This document shows positions 1 to 9,962 of a stretch of DNA of 20,000 nt, one piece after another. Made by a program: the position numbers and the translations under genes. The notes beneath the pieces are model-generated. The model was not told the DNA's origin. It was given only the letters and a program-made list of their open reading frames with translations, and ran no database searches. Origin of the DNA: Malacoraja senta (taxonomy: Eukaryota); assembly GCA_038087875.1 (NCBI GenBank), contig JAXLNO010000471.1, positions 45,481 through 65,480 of the forward strand, written 5' to 3'. Position 1 is the stretch's first letter; each line of letters begins with the position of its first letter.

Positions 1-45
1 ATGCTCTCTAATTTTAGATTCCTCGATCCTGGGAAAAAGACTCTA
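1..45 (-). mobile_element. CR1-like LINE fragment, left part (continues at ~850-955)
   Basis: Resembles the minus-strand CR1 at 17250-17283 (gattcc..ctgggaaaaagactct). The homology resumes at ~850. Confidence 0.6.
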
Positions 46-849
46 CAAAGGATACAAAGGACATTTATTATCACATACACCAATTGGTGTAGTGAAATTT
101 GACTTGCCATGCAGCACACAAATAAAGATAAGATTCAACATTAAAGAATTTAACAATAAACATAAAAACACTTTGAGGGAAGGCACAAAGTCCAGTCCCC
201 ATCCCCTTGTCCACCCATAGTCCGGCCTATTGAGGCCTCTGCAGTCGGCGCTACGGCGGCCTGATGTTTCAAGCCCTCTCGCCGGATGATGGTGCTCCGG
301 CGTCGGGAGAACCCTCTCAGCGGCTTGGGACACCTGAAACGGCCGCTTCCTTACTAGAGTCCACGGCTTCCGAAGCCGGCAGGATGGATCTCAGCGAGAG
401 ATCCCAGGCTCCCGATGTTAAAGTCAGCGCCGCTCCACAGACCCGCAGCATCGCGATGTTCACCTGCGGTCTTCAGCTCACCGGAGCTCCAGCGCGGCGA
501 CCCGGGCAAGGCATCGCACGCTTCGCTCCGCGATAGCGCTCCAGCGCTCTGCCGCCGCCGAAGCCGAGGTTCTGGCCGGTCCCCTCAGGAAACGTCACTC
601 CAGACCCGTTGGTAGGCCGCGAGGACGGGTCGAAGTTGCAGCCCGGAGAAAAGCCGCCTCTCCAACCAGGTAGAGACCCTGAAAAGTAGTTTCCCCCTTC
701 CCACCCCCACCCCCACCCCCCACATAAAAAAGAATAGACCTCCAAACAAAACACTTTTTAACACACTAAAAATAAAAGAAAGAAGTGAAAAGACAGACAG
801 CTGCAGGCTGGGCAGCCATACCCAACTGGACGGCGCCCCCTATCTACCT
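46..849 (-). mobile_element. Non-autonomous GC/CpG-rich retroposon with Rex1/Babar-type 3' tail
   Basis: Minus-strand 3' end reads TTTCAC-TACACCAATTGGTGTA-TGTGATAATAAA followed by a short (CCTTTGT) repeat. Flanked by ACTCTA at 40-45 and 850-855 (candidate TSD). No recognisable protein. Confidence 0.65.
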
Positions 850-955
850 ACTCTATCTACCCTAACTAAGCCCCTCATAATGTTATGCCTATTTAAAGTC
901 ACCCCCATCCCCCCATCTTCCTTCGTTCCAGGGATAACTGTCCCAACCTCTCCAA
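850..955 (-). mobile_element. CR1-like LINE fragment, right part
   Basis: tctaccc..cccctcataa..tcaccc..ccaggga..ccaacctctcc parallels 17288-17390. Confidence 0.6.
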
Positions 956-1639
956 ATACATTAATATTGCCCATTAAAAAGTATTCCTCTGATAGAGAAT
1001 GGAAATACTAATTCTAATATAATCAACTAAAATAAAACTATTTGCTGAAGAAATTGCTAACAGAATTTTGTTCGTACTACTTTTATGCAACCATCCTGTT
1101 GTTGTAATAATGTAGTAAATATGTATTTGTTCCTGACATTTGTATATTTCATTTGGACTTCTTCCAATGTTGAGACGGTAAGAATTATTAGCTATAATAC
1201 ATCATGTTCATGATTGGCACAAGAACATTTGCATGCAGAGAGCTTGAAATGTAACCATAGAAACTCAAAGAGATAGGTAACAACAGTTTATCCTTTGAAC
1301 ATGTGTTTTGTTTGATCAATCTGCAATTATGGGATCTTGAGAAGACAGTGGTGAAGCCTTTTTTCACTCTTTTGATCTTTATCTTTAAAGTACTCGTACT
1401 ATTATATTACAATGGTCACATCTGGTTTATCAGGAAGAGCTTCCATTTTTACTAAGAATTGTTTCTCTCTCAAACAGCGTGTGATGAGGACTGCCCTCAT
1501 GTGCTGTGCTACAACCTCAATGTTGTTTCAATTCAACACCTTTATTCATTACTCGCTTTTGAAAAAACTAATAACCTACAATGAAGTATGTCTCTTTTTA
1601 TCCTTCCATTTTTCTCGACTTTATCAGCTCATATCATTC

Positions 1640-2095
1640 GATCACACAGATCATACTCCCCACCATTGACTCCATCCATATTTCACACTGCCTTGGAAAA
1701 GCAGCCAATATAATCAAAGACTTATCCCAGCCTGCTCATTCCTTCTACTCACTGCTCCATTCAGGCAGAAGGTACAGAAGCTTGAAAGCGCACAACACCA
1801 GTCTCAGGAGTAGTCTCTTCCCCTCTGTTGTCAGCCTTCTGAATGGTCCTTCCATAGCTAGGGTATTGTCTGATTCACCTCTACCCCTATTGTAGACATT
1901 GGACTTTGTCTATGGAACTGGTGTGCTACTTTGCTAAGAACTATATTCTGTACTCTGTATCTTCCCATTTGCTCTACCTATTGTACTTTAGATTGACCAC
2001 GATTGTATTTGTGTATAGTATCATCTGGTTTAATTGGATAGCATGCAAAACAAGGCTTCTCACTTTACCTCGGCACATGTGACAATAATCAGCCT
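1640..2095 (+). mobile_element. Rex1/Babar LINE 3' fragment (ORF C-terminus and 3' UTR)
   Basis: Translation KAANIIKDLSQPAHSFYSLLHSGRRYRSLKAHNTSLRSSLFPSVVSLLN resembles the Rex1/Babar C-terminus. Tail cactttacctcggcacatgtgacaataa at ~2061-2088. Confidence 0.8.
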
Positions 2096-2175
2096 ATATC
2101 TAAACCTTGAAACTGAGATAGGGAAAGTTCAAGAGCAGATTTTTCAATTAGAATGAAATTATGGTTGGCAGGAAT

Positions 2176-2290
2176 AGACACAAAAGCTGGGGCAACTCAG
2201 CGAGTCAGGGAGCAACTCTGGAGAAAAATAATAGGTGACGTTTCAGGTCGGAACGTCTGAAGAGCAGATAGACAGAAAATGCTGCAGTAA
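2176..2290 (-). mobile_element. Penelope-type terminal repeat fragment (copy A), with a second short restart at ~2268-2290
   Basis: gacacaaaagctgg..actcagcg..ctctggagaaaa..ataggtgacgtttc; same family as 6723, 13356, 14858 and 19922. Confidence 0.65.
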
Positions 2291-2306
2291 TACAGTGGGA
2301 CAAAGC

Positions 2307-2590
2307 TTAGTTTATTGTCACGTGTACCGAGGTACAGTGAAAAGCATTTTTTTCTTGCGAGTTATCCAATCAGTGCGAAGACTATACATGATTTACAATC
2401 AAGCCACCCACAGCCATGCAGGTTAAGGGTAACAACATTTAGCGCAAGATTAACTACAGAAAAATGCAATTAAAGGTAGTCCGAGGGTCTCCAGTGAAGT
2501 AGATGGTAGCTCAGGACCACTCTTTAGTTGGTGATAGAATGGTTCGGTTACCCGATAACAGCTGGGAAGAAACTATCCTGAATCTTAAAC
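2307..2590 (-). mobile_element. Rex1/Babar LINE 3' end
   Basis: Reverse complement encodes DSFFPAVI (C-terminal motif) and ends CACTGTACCTCGGTACACGTGACAATAAACTAA. Homologous to 3010-3195 and 13882-14140. Confidence 0.8.
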
Positions 2591-2759
2591 ATGGTCAAAG
2601 GATATTTTGGATTGGGGCACTTCTTCATTCTGTGTACCATCAGCACTAAGCCAGAGAGCCTAGTTTCCTGATACTGAATAATGAAATTAAATAAGAAATG
2701 CATCCCTCACAATGGGAACAAATAGCCCAGTTCTGCATACACTGCATAGAAATGTTTTT

Positions 2760-2977
2760 AATTACACCTGCATGTCTTCGGTATGTGGGAGGAAGCCAGA
2801 GTATGGTATTCCTTTGGGTCCACCAGTTTCATGACTTGTAGGTTAATTGGCCACTATAAATTGCCCCTAATGTGTAGTGATTGAATGCAAAAGTAGGATA
2901 TCATAGAACCAATGGTTGGCGTTAATTTGGTGGGCTGAAGGGCTTGTTTCGATGCTGTATCTATCAATCAATAAATC
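2760..2977. mobile_element. Degraded V-SINE/HE1-like pieces in opposite orientations
   Basis: 2760-2803 is a minus-strand central domain (gtgggaggaagccagag). 2805-2977 is a plus-strand body with tail ggtgggctgaagggcttgtttc..ctgtatctatcaatcaat. Confidence 0.6.
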
Positions 2978-3009
2978 GATACACACTGTGTTCCCAAAGA
3001 TAAATTCCG

Positions 3010-3195
3010 TTTTAGTTTAGTTTATTATTGTCATATATACTGAGGTACAGTGAAATGCTTTTTTGTGGCATGCTATGCAGTCTGCGAGAAGCCTACATCA
3101 AGCCATTCACAGTGTGCAGATACAGGAAAAGAATAACGTTTAGTGCAAGATAAAGTCTAGTAATGTGCAAGGAAAGATAGTCCAAGGGTCTCATG
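3010..3195 (-). mobile_element. Rex1/Babar 3' UTR fragment
   Basis: (tttag)n tail followed by ttattgtca..gaggtacagtgaaa; aligns with 2307-2490. Confidence 0.75.
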
Positions 3196-3995
3196 CCAAC
3201 TGTAAAGTAAATGTCCTTACACATAAAATCAAATTTAAGATCTATGATAAATAGCCAATGTGAATCAAATAACGAAAGCGAAATTTTCCAAGCCCATGAT
3301 TCTCTTCCCTAAATAAGCAGAGCAAATAAACATAAGAATGGGTATTAATAGCACGTTATGTGCATCTATAATAAGCAATCATACAGCACAGCATGTAACA
3401 AAGAATTCAGGTGGATAGCACATGCAAATAAGTACTTCAGAATGTCAGAAATCAGTGAAATAAGAAAAACAATTAAATAAAATAAAATAACTCTCCTGCA
3501 CTATCCCGTGAAACAAATTTAAGTTCCATGGATAAGGCTCAGGACTAAATGAAACATATTCAGGTGTTACTTTGTCTTCATCAATTTTTATGGATTATGT
3601 TTAGATTGCTGTTATTGTTAAACCTTTCCATCTTACCCATTTTACTGATTTTAGAAAATTAGTCCAAATGCACAATGATTTTTGGCTTGCAGTTAGATTT
3701 TCAGACATCGATCGGATTCTATTTTGTAATTTACTACAACAATGTCAAGTTTCTTTGCCAACAATATGTACCTTGCCATCTAAATTGTAGGCTATCTGGA
3801 AGATATTGTTGACAGCAACACAAAGAGTTATGCCATTTTTTGTAATAGTTTGTAGTTCAATGATGCTGCCCAACAACTTGACTTTCAAACGTGGACAAAT
3901 ACTCAAAGGAATTTCTCTCTTTGCTGACAACCATTTTGAGAAGAGAGAATTGATTGTGTTGTTTCACAGCACTGGCAACTTCCATTAATAAAAAT

Positions 3996-4305
3996 AGCAC
4001 AGCTGCTAGTGCAGAGCCAGTGAACGGGGTTTGATCCTGACCTCGAGTACTGTCTGCGTGGTGTTTGCACGTTTCCCCTGTAACCAGGTGGTGTTCCTCC
4101 AGGTGTTCCGGTTTCCTCCCACACCCCAACGATGTGTAGGTTTGTAGATTAATTGGCCTCTGTAAATTTCCCATAGTGTGTAGGAAGTGGATGTGAAAGT
4201 GGGTTAACATAGAACTAGTGCGAATGGGTGGATCGATGGGCGGCATGGACTCGGTGGACCGAAGGGCCATTTCCACACTGTATCTCTAAACTAAACTAAA
4301 CTAAA
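3996..4305 (+). mobile_element. tRNA-derived V-SINE (HE1-like), near full length
   Basis: B-box-like ggtttgatcc, central domain ccggtttcctcccacac, CR1-like tail gggccatttccacactgtatctc, then (taaac)n. Confidence 0.85.
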
Positions 4306-4784
4306 AAGCTTTTCATGAACTGCAGATAACAAATTTCTTTTGAACACATTTTGATTGAATCAAATGCTTCTGCTGCCATTCGGTCTCATAGTGTAAAACG
4401 GTGTCAAAAATTGGATTGCACCTATTTATGATGTTGATAAAATATGGTTTTATTATTAGCTTATGATATGGATAGTCTATCAATGTTGTGTTTATAGTTA
4501 TTCTCTTTATCAGAAAAGTGAAAGCTTTTGGAATATTCTGTGGGGAAAATGAATCTCCAACATATTTGTGAAACTTGATTATGTTTAGGACTCAAAAATA
4601 GTAAAACACACAAAGTAATCGAGTGACTGTGAAATGGAACCGTGATTTTGGTTATTCCTCTCATATCAGTCTGTAAGTTAATATTTTGTCATTGCATGTT
4701 TTTAGGAATTCACCCATTTCTAACAGATAATAAACACATTACCATTTAAAAAAAACCTGTGTGAAATCCTAGTGGGGACAGGCA

Positions 4785-5480
4785 GCAATGTCAATGCTCA
4801 TTGTCAGCAAGATGAAGGAGCTAACTATTGACTTCAGAAAGTGAGGGGTTGTGCATCCCCTAGTCAGCATCAATTGTGCCAAAGTAGAGACGGTCAAGAG
4901 CTTCATGTTCCACGCTGCCAATACCACCAACAATTTGCCCTGGACTAATCACATTGAAGCTACAGCCAAGAAAGCACACAAACACCTCTACTTCCTTTGA
5001 AGATTAAGGAAGTTTGGCATGTCTCCAATAACTTCTACAACTTCTACAGACGCACTGTGGAAATCATCCTATCGGAGGGGGCACAGCTTGGTTTGGTAAC
5101 AACTCTGCCTAAGACCGCAGACCAGACTCTATCCCCCATCAACTCCATCTACACTACACTTAAAGCAATCAAATTTAATCAAGGACCACACACCCTCATT
5201 TCCCTATTTTCCCTTCTCTCTTTGGGTAGAACGTTTGAAAGCACATATTACCAGATTTTACCCCTCTGTTGTCAGACTACTGAATGGTTCTCCCTTAAGC
5301 TAATGTACAGCCCCGATCTTCTAATCTATCTCTTTGTGAACCTTCCACCATTTTTAAACTGTATTTTCTCTGTAACTGTAACATTCTAATGCTGTAATGC
5401 TAAATGCTGCACTCTGGTAATTTTCCCTTTAAATTCCCTGTTGTACTTGGATATGCCTGATTGTACTCAAGTATAGTATC
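4785..5480 (+). mobile_element. Rex1/Babar LINE fragment (degenerate late-RT region to 3' UTR)
   Basis: Decayed translation VSKMKELTIDFRK..VETVKSF..NNLPWTNHIEATAKKAHKHLYFL*RLRKFGMS. The 3' part is homologous to 1640-2020. Confidence 0.8.
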
Positions 5481-5481
5481 G

Positions 5482-5821
5482 TTCATAAATGCTAGAGCAG
5501 ATTTGGCCATTCAGCCCATCAAATCTACACTGCCATTCAATCATCACTGACCTATCTTTGCCTCTCAACCCCATTCTCCTGCCTTCTCCCCATAACCTCT
5601 GATACCCATACTGATCAAGAATTTATCAGTCCCTGCCTTAAAAATATCCATTGACTTGACCTCCACAGACTTCTGTGGTAATGAATTCCACAGATTCACG
5701 ACTCTCTGACTAAACACATTTCTCCTCATCTCCTTCCTAAAGGGGCTATGGCCTCTGGTCCTGGACTCTCCCACTAGTGGTAACATCCTCTCCACATTCA
5801 CTTTATCCAGGCCTTTCACTT
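5482..5821 (-). mobile_element. CR1 LINE 3' fragment
   Basis: ORF 5565-5819 (KGLDKV..FSQRVVNLWNSLP..GIRGYGEKAG) is homologous to the C-terminus of the 18466-19149 ORF. Confidence 0.9.
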
Positions 5822-6440
5822 GAGTTAGTTTATTGTCACGTGTACCAAGGTGAAAAGCTTTTGTTGCGTGCTAACCATTCAGTGGAAAGATTCTACATGA
5901 TTACAATCAAGCCATCCAGTGTACAGATACAATGGTTTCTTTTCACGTATACCAGGTACAGTGAAATATCTTTTTTGTATACAGCTCAGCAAAACTATCC
6001 CATACATAGCACAATCACTCTGGTCAGTACAGTATGCACAGAACAGCCCACTGAGTCCATATGCAAGACGCATCATTTTACAGTCCCAGCTGCAGCTGGC
6101 CACAAAGCTCGTTGCAGCTGTCGCCTGTATTCCGGTCATCCCTCGAACTGATGTCCCTCTCCACGCCTACCTTCTTCAGCCCTTGTTCCCCCGGGGGTCA
6201 CCTCCTGCAGCCGACGTTAACGGCATGGAAGGCAACAATTCACCCCCTGTTCCTCTCACCAGGCCCTTTGTTCAGCATCCGCCACCATCGCTGTCACCCC
6301 CCCAACACCCTCCTCTCAGATTCCCAATCCACGAGGTGAGCAGGGGCCGGCTGTTGAATACAGGATTTGGCTGGATAGCACGCAAACAAAGTTTATCACT
6401 GTATCTTGGTACACGTGACAATAATAAACTAATCACCATT
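5822..6440. mobile_element. Cluster of three Rex1/Babar-tailed segments: minus 5822-5935, minus ~5937-6350 with GC-rich body, plus ~6360-6440
   Basis: Tail motifs at ~5828 (tttattgtcacgtgtacc), ~5941 (tttcacgtataccaggtacagtgaaa) and ~6396 (tcactgtatcttggtacacgtgacaataataaac). Confidence 0.7.
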
Positions 6441-6722
6441 AACCAGCAATCCCATGCATCGTGTGAATGATAGCTACTTTCCTGTTTACGTGGACAGTTT
6501 GTGTTCGGGGTGGGTGAAGTGTTAGGCAGATAGCAGTAGATGCGGAGACCATCAACAGACCCAGAAGGAAGGATGTCAGTGGTCAGAGAAGGAGGGTTGA
6601 GGTGTTTAGTTAGTGATTCATTGCTGAGAAAACAGGAGGAACCAAGCCTGCACTGGGTTCCTTTATTAGGCCAAGACTGGTGTTCCTGTTTCATCTGAAA
6701 CCAGCAATGTTTTTAATATGTA

Positions 6723-6853
6723 TAGGAAGGAACTGCAAATGCAGGTTAACACTGAAGATGGACACAAAATGCTGGAGTAACATAATGTGTTAGGCAGCAT
6801 CTCTGGAGAAAAGGAGTAGGTGACATTTTAGGATGGAACCTTTCTTCAGATTG
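6723..6853 (-). mobile_element. Penelope-type terminal repeat (copy B, degraded)
   Basis: ggaactgcaaatgc..gacacaaaatgctggagtaac..ggcagcatctctggagaaaagg..aggtgac..ttcttcaga. Confidence 0.7.
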
Positions 6854-6914
6854 ATAGTAGAGGTTGGGGGGGGGGGGGTGGCGGGGCATTTAACAAAATA
6901 ATTCTGGCCGATAA

Positions 6915-7283
6915 TTCCAGTAATGTAGATAGATTGGAGAAGATGGAGTTGTTCACCTTGGAACCGAGTGAAGAGTGGGTCTCTTTCAGGTGTTTAAATT
7001 CATGAAAAGTTTTGACAGGGTAGATGGAAAGATAAGGTGTATCTTTAAGGTGTGGTCCAGTATGAAGGTGATTAACAAAAGAACCGAAAATGACATGGCA
7101 GAGTGTGGGGTTAGTGTCTGGAATGCAGTGTCGAGGGTTGTAGTGGAGGCAGATTCAATTGTAACGATAAAAAGAAAACTGCGTAAGAATTCTGAAAGAT
7201 AAGAAATTATGGAGCAGGGGTAGTTAGACTAGCTGGAATGCTCCTAGATAGTGTTGGTAGTCTGAATGCTGGTCTTCAATGAT
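6915..7283 (+). mobile_element. Old CR1 LINE 3' fragment
   Basis: Decayed translation VFKFMKSFDRVD..VSVWNAVSRVVVEADSIVTIKRKL. Confidence 0.75.
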
Positions 7284-7775
7284 GGACGCCTTCCAACGGG
7301 CCGCTACAGCAGACGCATCCCGGTGGGCTGCGGATTTTCTGGGGCCGGAGCCCCCTTGGGTCAGAGCCCGCAGCCGAGGTCGGAGCCCGCACACCACGAG
7401 TCAAGGAGCCCGTGCGCCAACGGAGCTCACAGCCGCGGCTGGGGCCTGGGACGGCGCCACGGATGCGTCCAGCGAGGACCCGGCGGCGATAGTGGAGAGG
7501 TCGGTGCGGCGGTCGATGAGGGCGCCGACCGACAGACGAGGACGGACCACGTGGAATGAGGACGCCGCTGCCGAGGAACATTGCAGGACCCAGCGTGGGG
7601 GAACTGCCGTGGGGGAGGGGGAGGGGGTTGGGGGAGAACCAAGGGGGACCTGGCACGGATACTCTGTAACTTTGTCAGCACCCTTTATGGGCGATTATTT
7701 ACATACTTTGGGTATACAAGCAAAGAATTTCACTGTGACATGGTCACATGTGACAATAAAGTATTCATTCATTCA
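7284..7775 (+). mobile_element. Non-autonomous GC/CpG-rich retroposon with Rex1/Babar-type tail
   Basis: CpG-rich body 7284-7660. 3' end TTTCACTGTGACATGGTCACATGTGACAATAAAG followed by (ATTC)n. Confidence 0.7.
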
Positions 7776-7779
7776 ATGC

Positions 7780-8120
7780 TTCATAAGTTCACGTTCATAA
7801 GTCATAGGAGCAGAATTAGGCCATTTGGTCCATCGAGTCTACTCCGCCATTCAATGATGGCTGATAGATCTTTCCATCTCAATCCTATTCTCCTGCCTTC
7901 TCCCTTTAAAGTTTGATACCCATACGAATGAAGAACCTGTCAATCTCTGCTTTAAAAATACCCAGTGGCTTGGCCACTTCCACAGATTCATCACCAAAAT
8001 AAATTCCTCCTCTCCTTTCTGAAGGTACGTCTATTTATTTTGAGGCTGTGCCCTCCGGTTCTAGACTCCACTAGTGAAAACATCCACTTTATCCAGACGT
8101 TTCACTATTCAGTTGGTTTT
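7780..8120 (-). mobile_element. CR1 LINE 3' fragment
   Basis: Homologous to 5482-5821 and to the reverse complement of ~18870-19230 (aggagcagaattaggccatt..ttctcctgccttctccc..ttccacagattca). Confidence 0.85.
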
Positions 8121-8706
8121 AATAATTCTGTGAAAGGTAAGAACTTATAGAGAAGGGGAGTCGGAGTAGCTGGATTCCTACCAGATAGAGCTGGTAGTGT
8201 GAATGCTTCAATCATTCTGTGATTGGAATGAATGACAAGCCAGAATAAATGACTCGGAGTGGAAAAAGGACTCAAGGGCATTCAATGTTGTTTTAGTTCT
8301 TGATCCTAAAGTACTGTGACATTTTCTGCCAGCAGGTGAATATTACTCATATTGATATTTATTTTAGTTAGACGGTAAAGGGAAGCAAATTTGTAAGATG
8401 GGCGTTCCACTGCAGAGTGCAGGTACTACTCTACGTGAGAACGCTTGGAGCTGTGACAAGGTGTGTCTAGTTTACTTAATAGCGTTTTACAGACAGGCCA
8501 AGGAGTTTTACATGCAGCCCAGGGATCTTTTAGGCACATGGTGTAATCAATAAAGGGGAGACACCCGGACAGCAGGATTTATTATTTGTAAGTAACACTA
8601 CAGAAACTGCAGTTATGTTAAGGACAAAGCTGCCTCATTGCAAATAAATCAAACTGCAGCAGACACTTGTTCGCAAAAAATTGCCATGCGATATGAAATA
8701 TGATTA

Positions 8707-8960
8707 TGGTGGCACAGTGGCGCAGCTGGCAGAGCCGCTGCCTCAGAGCGCCAGAGACCCAGGATCTATCCTGATTTCAGGCGCTGTCAGTGTAGAGTTT
8801 GCATGTTCTCCCTGTGACTGCGTAGGTTTTCTCCGGGTGCTCCAGTTTCCTCCCAAATCCCAAAGACGTGCAATCTGTAGATAAATTGTCCCTCTGTAAA
8901 ATTGTCCCTAACGTGTAGGGAGTGAATGAACAGGGAGCAGCTTGCATAGGGTAGAGTGTT
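8707..8960 (+). mobile_element. V-SINE (HE1-like), 3' end degraded
   Basis: Head ggtggcacagtggcgcagctgg (A box), then central domain ttctccgggtgctccagtttcctccca. Confidence 0.85.
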
Positions 8961-9036
8961 GCCACTCATGAACAGCTTGTTGTCTTCATAAGGGCCCCAA
9001 ATCTTAACGTTCAGTTTCTATTTTCATTCTCCATAG

Positions 9037-9180
9037 TTTAGGTTTGTGTTCACTATTGTCTACCGAGTTATTGTGCAAAGCTTAGTTTTGCATGCTATCC
9101 AATATGATCAGATAAAACTATACATAAATACAACCAAGTCAAACTCAAATATATAGGTAGAGGGAAGGGGAAGGGGACAG
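9037..9180 (-). mobile_element. Degraded Rex1/Babar 3' UTR
   Basis: ttttgcatgctatccaat..atacataaatacaa..aggtagagggaag is the reverse complement of the pattern at 1960-2090. Confidence 0.6.
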
Positions 9181-9933
9181 CATCATACTTCAATTTCAGC
9201 CCGTACTCAAAATTCATGACCATAGTTAATCTCACTTTGTGGCAAGTGGGGTTTGCAGATAGAGAATAATATTGATAAAATATACAAAAATCTCCTGGAT
9301 GGATAGTAACATGCATGGATAAGCATTTCCCATTCCATGGCACAATCCATTGAAGCAAGACTATACCACCTGTGTCAATTAGCCATAATCACTGTGTAAT
9401 TTGTTTTAAATATTTTTCACATTAGACTTAAGCTTTGGAGATGACTCCGAAGGGCCAATAGTTAATTTTTCAAAATGTTAATGGGAAAAATCATATTTAA
9501 TATTTGTAGTGTTTCATTTCATGAAATGATTTAAGTACAGATACTTAGCTCATCATAGTCTTAATGAGAGCACTTTTATAGGCATGGCTTACATTTGCAG
9601 TCTTCAAAAGTAATATTTCATATTTATTGAATTTAAAGAATATATGAGCACTTTGCTCGTTTTCTCACATTACAACAGTAACTATACTTCAAAAGTACTT
9701 AATTGGTTGTAAAACAATCTTTAGGTCACACAACAGCTCCATGTAATTGGAAGATCTTTAAGCTCTCTTTAAGACCATGGCTCTAATTGGTGACATTTGT
9801 GTTGCATCCATTCATTCGGTTCTCTTTATATCTCAACTATCACAAATATCTTCCTAGAGAGAGCACATTTCTGATTCATTAAACACCTACCAGTAGCTCT
9901 AAACATACTATGTGAGACAATAAAGAGTTGGAT

Positions 9934-9962
9934 TCTGTTACCTAGAGTAGAGGAACCAGAGG
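9934..9962 (+). mobile_element. CR1 LINE piece 1 (host of nested insertions)
   Basis: ttacctagagtagaggaaccagagg joins 11705 acatgggtttaaggtgagagggg to give CR1 ORF2-like ..RGHGFKVRG. Confidence 0.6.

Noticed and set aside
3745..3988. Short ORFs in unique AT-rich sequence (also 1412-1669, 9095-9358, 15150-15368)
   Set aside because: No recognisable homology or convincing splice context.
7266..7800. Overlapping ORFs in GC-rich blocks (also 264-754 and 5919-6470)
   Set aside because: Open on both strands because GC-rich DNA has few stop codons. No recognisable domains, and they lie within repeats.
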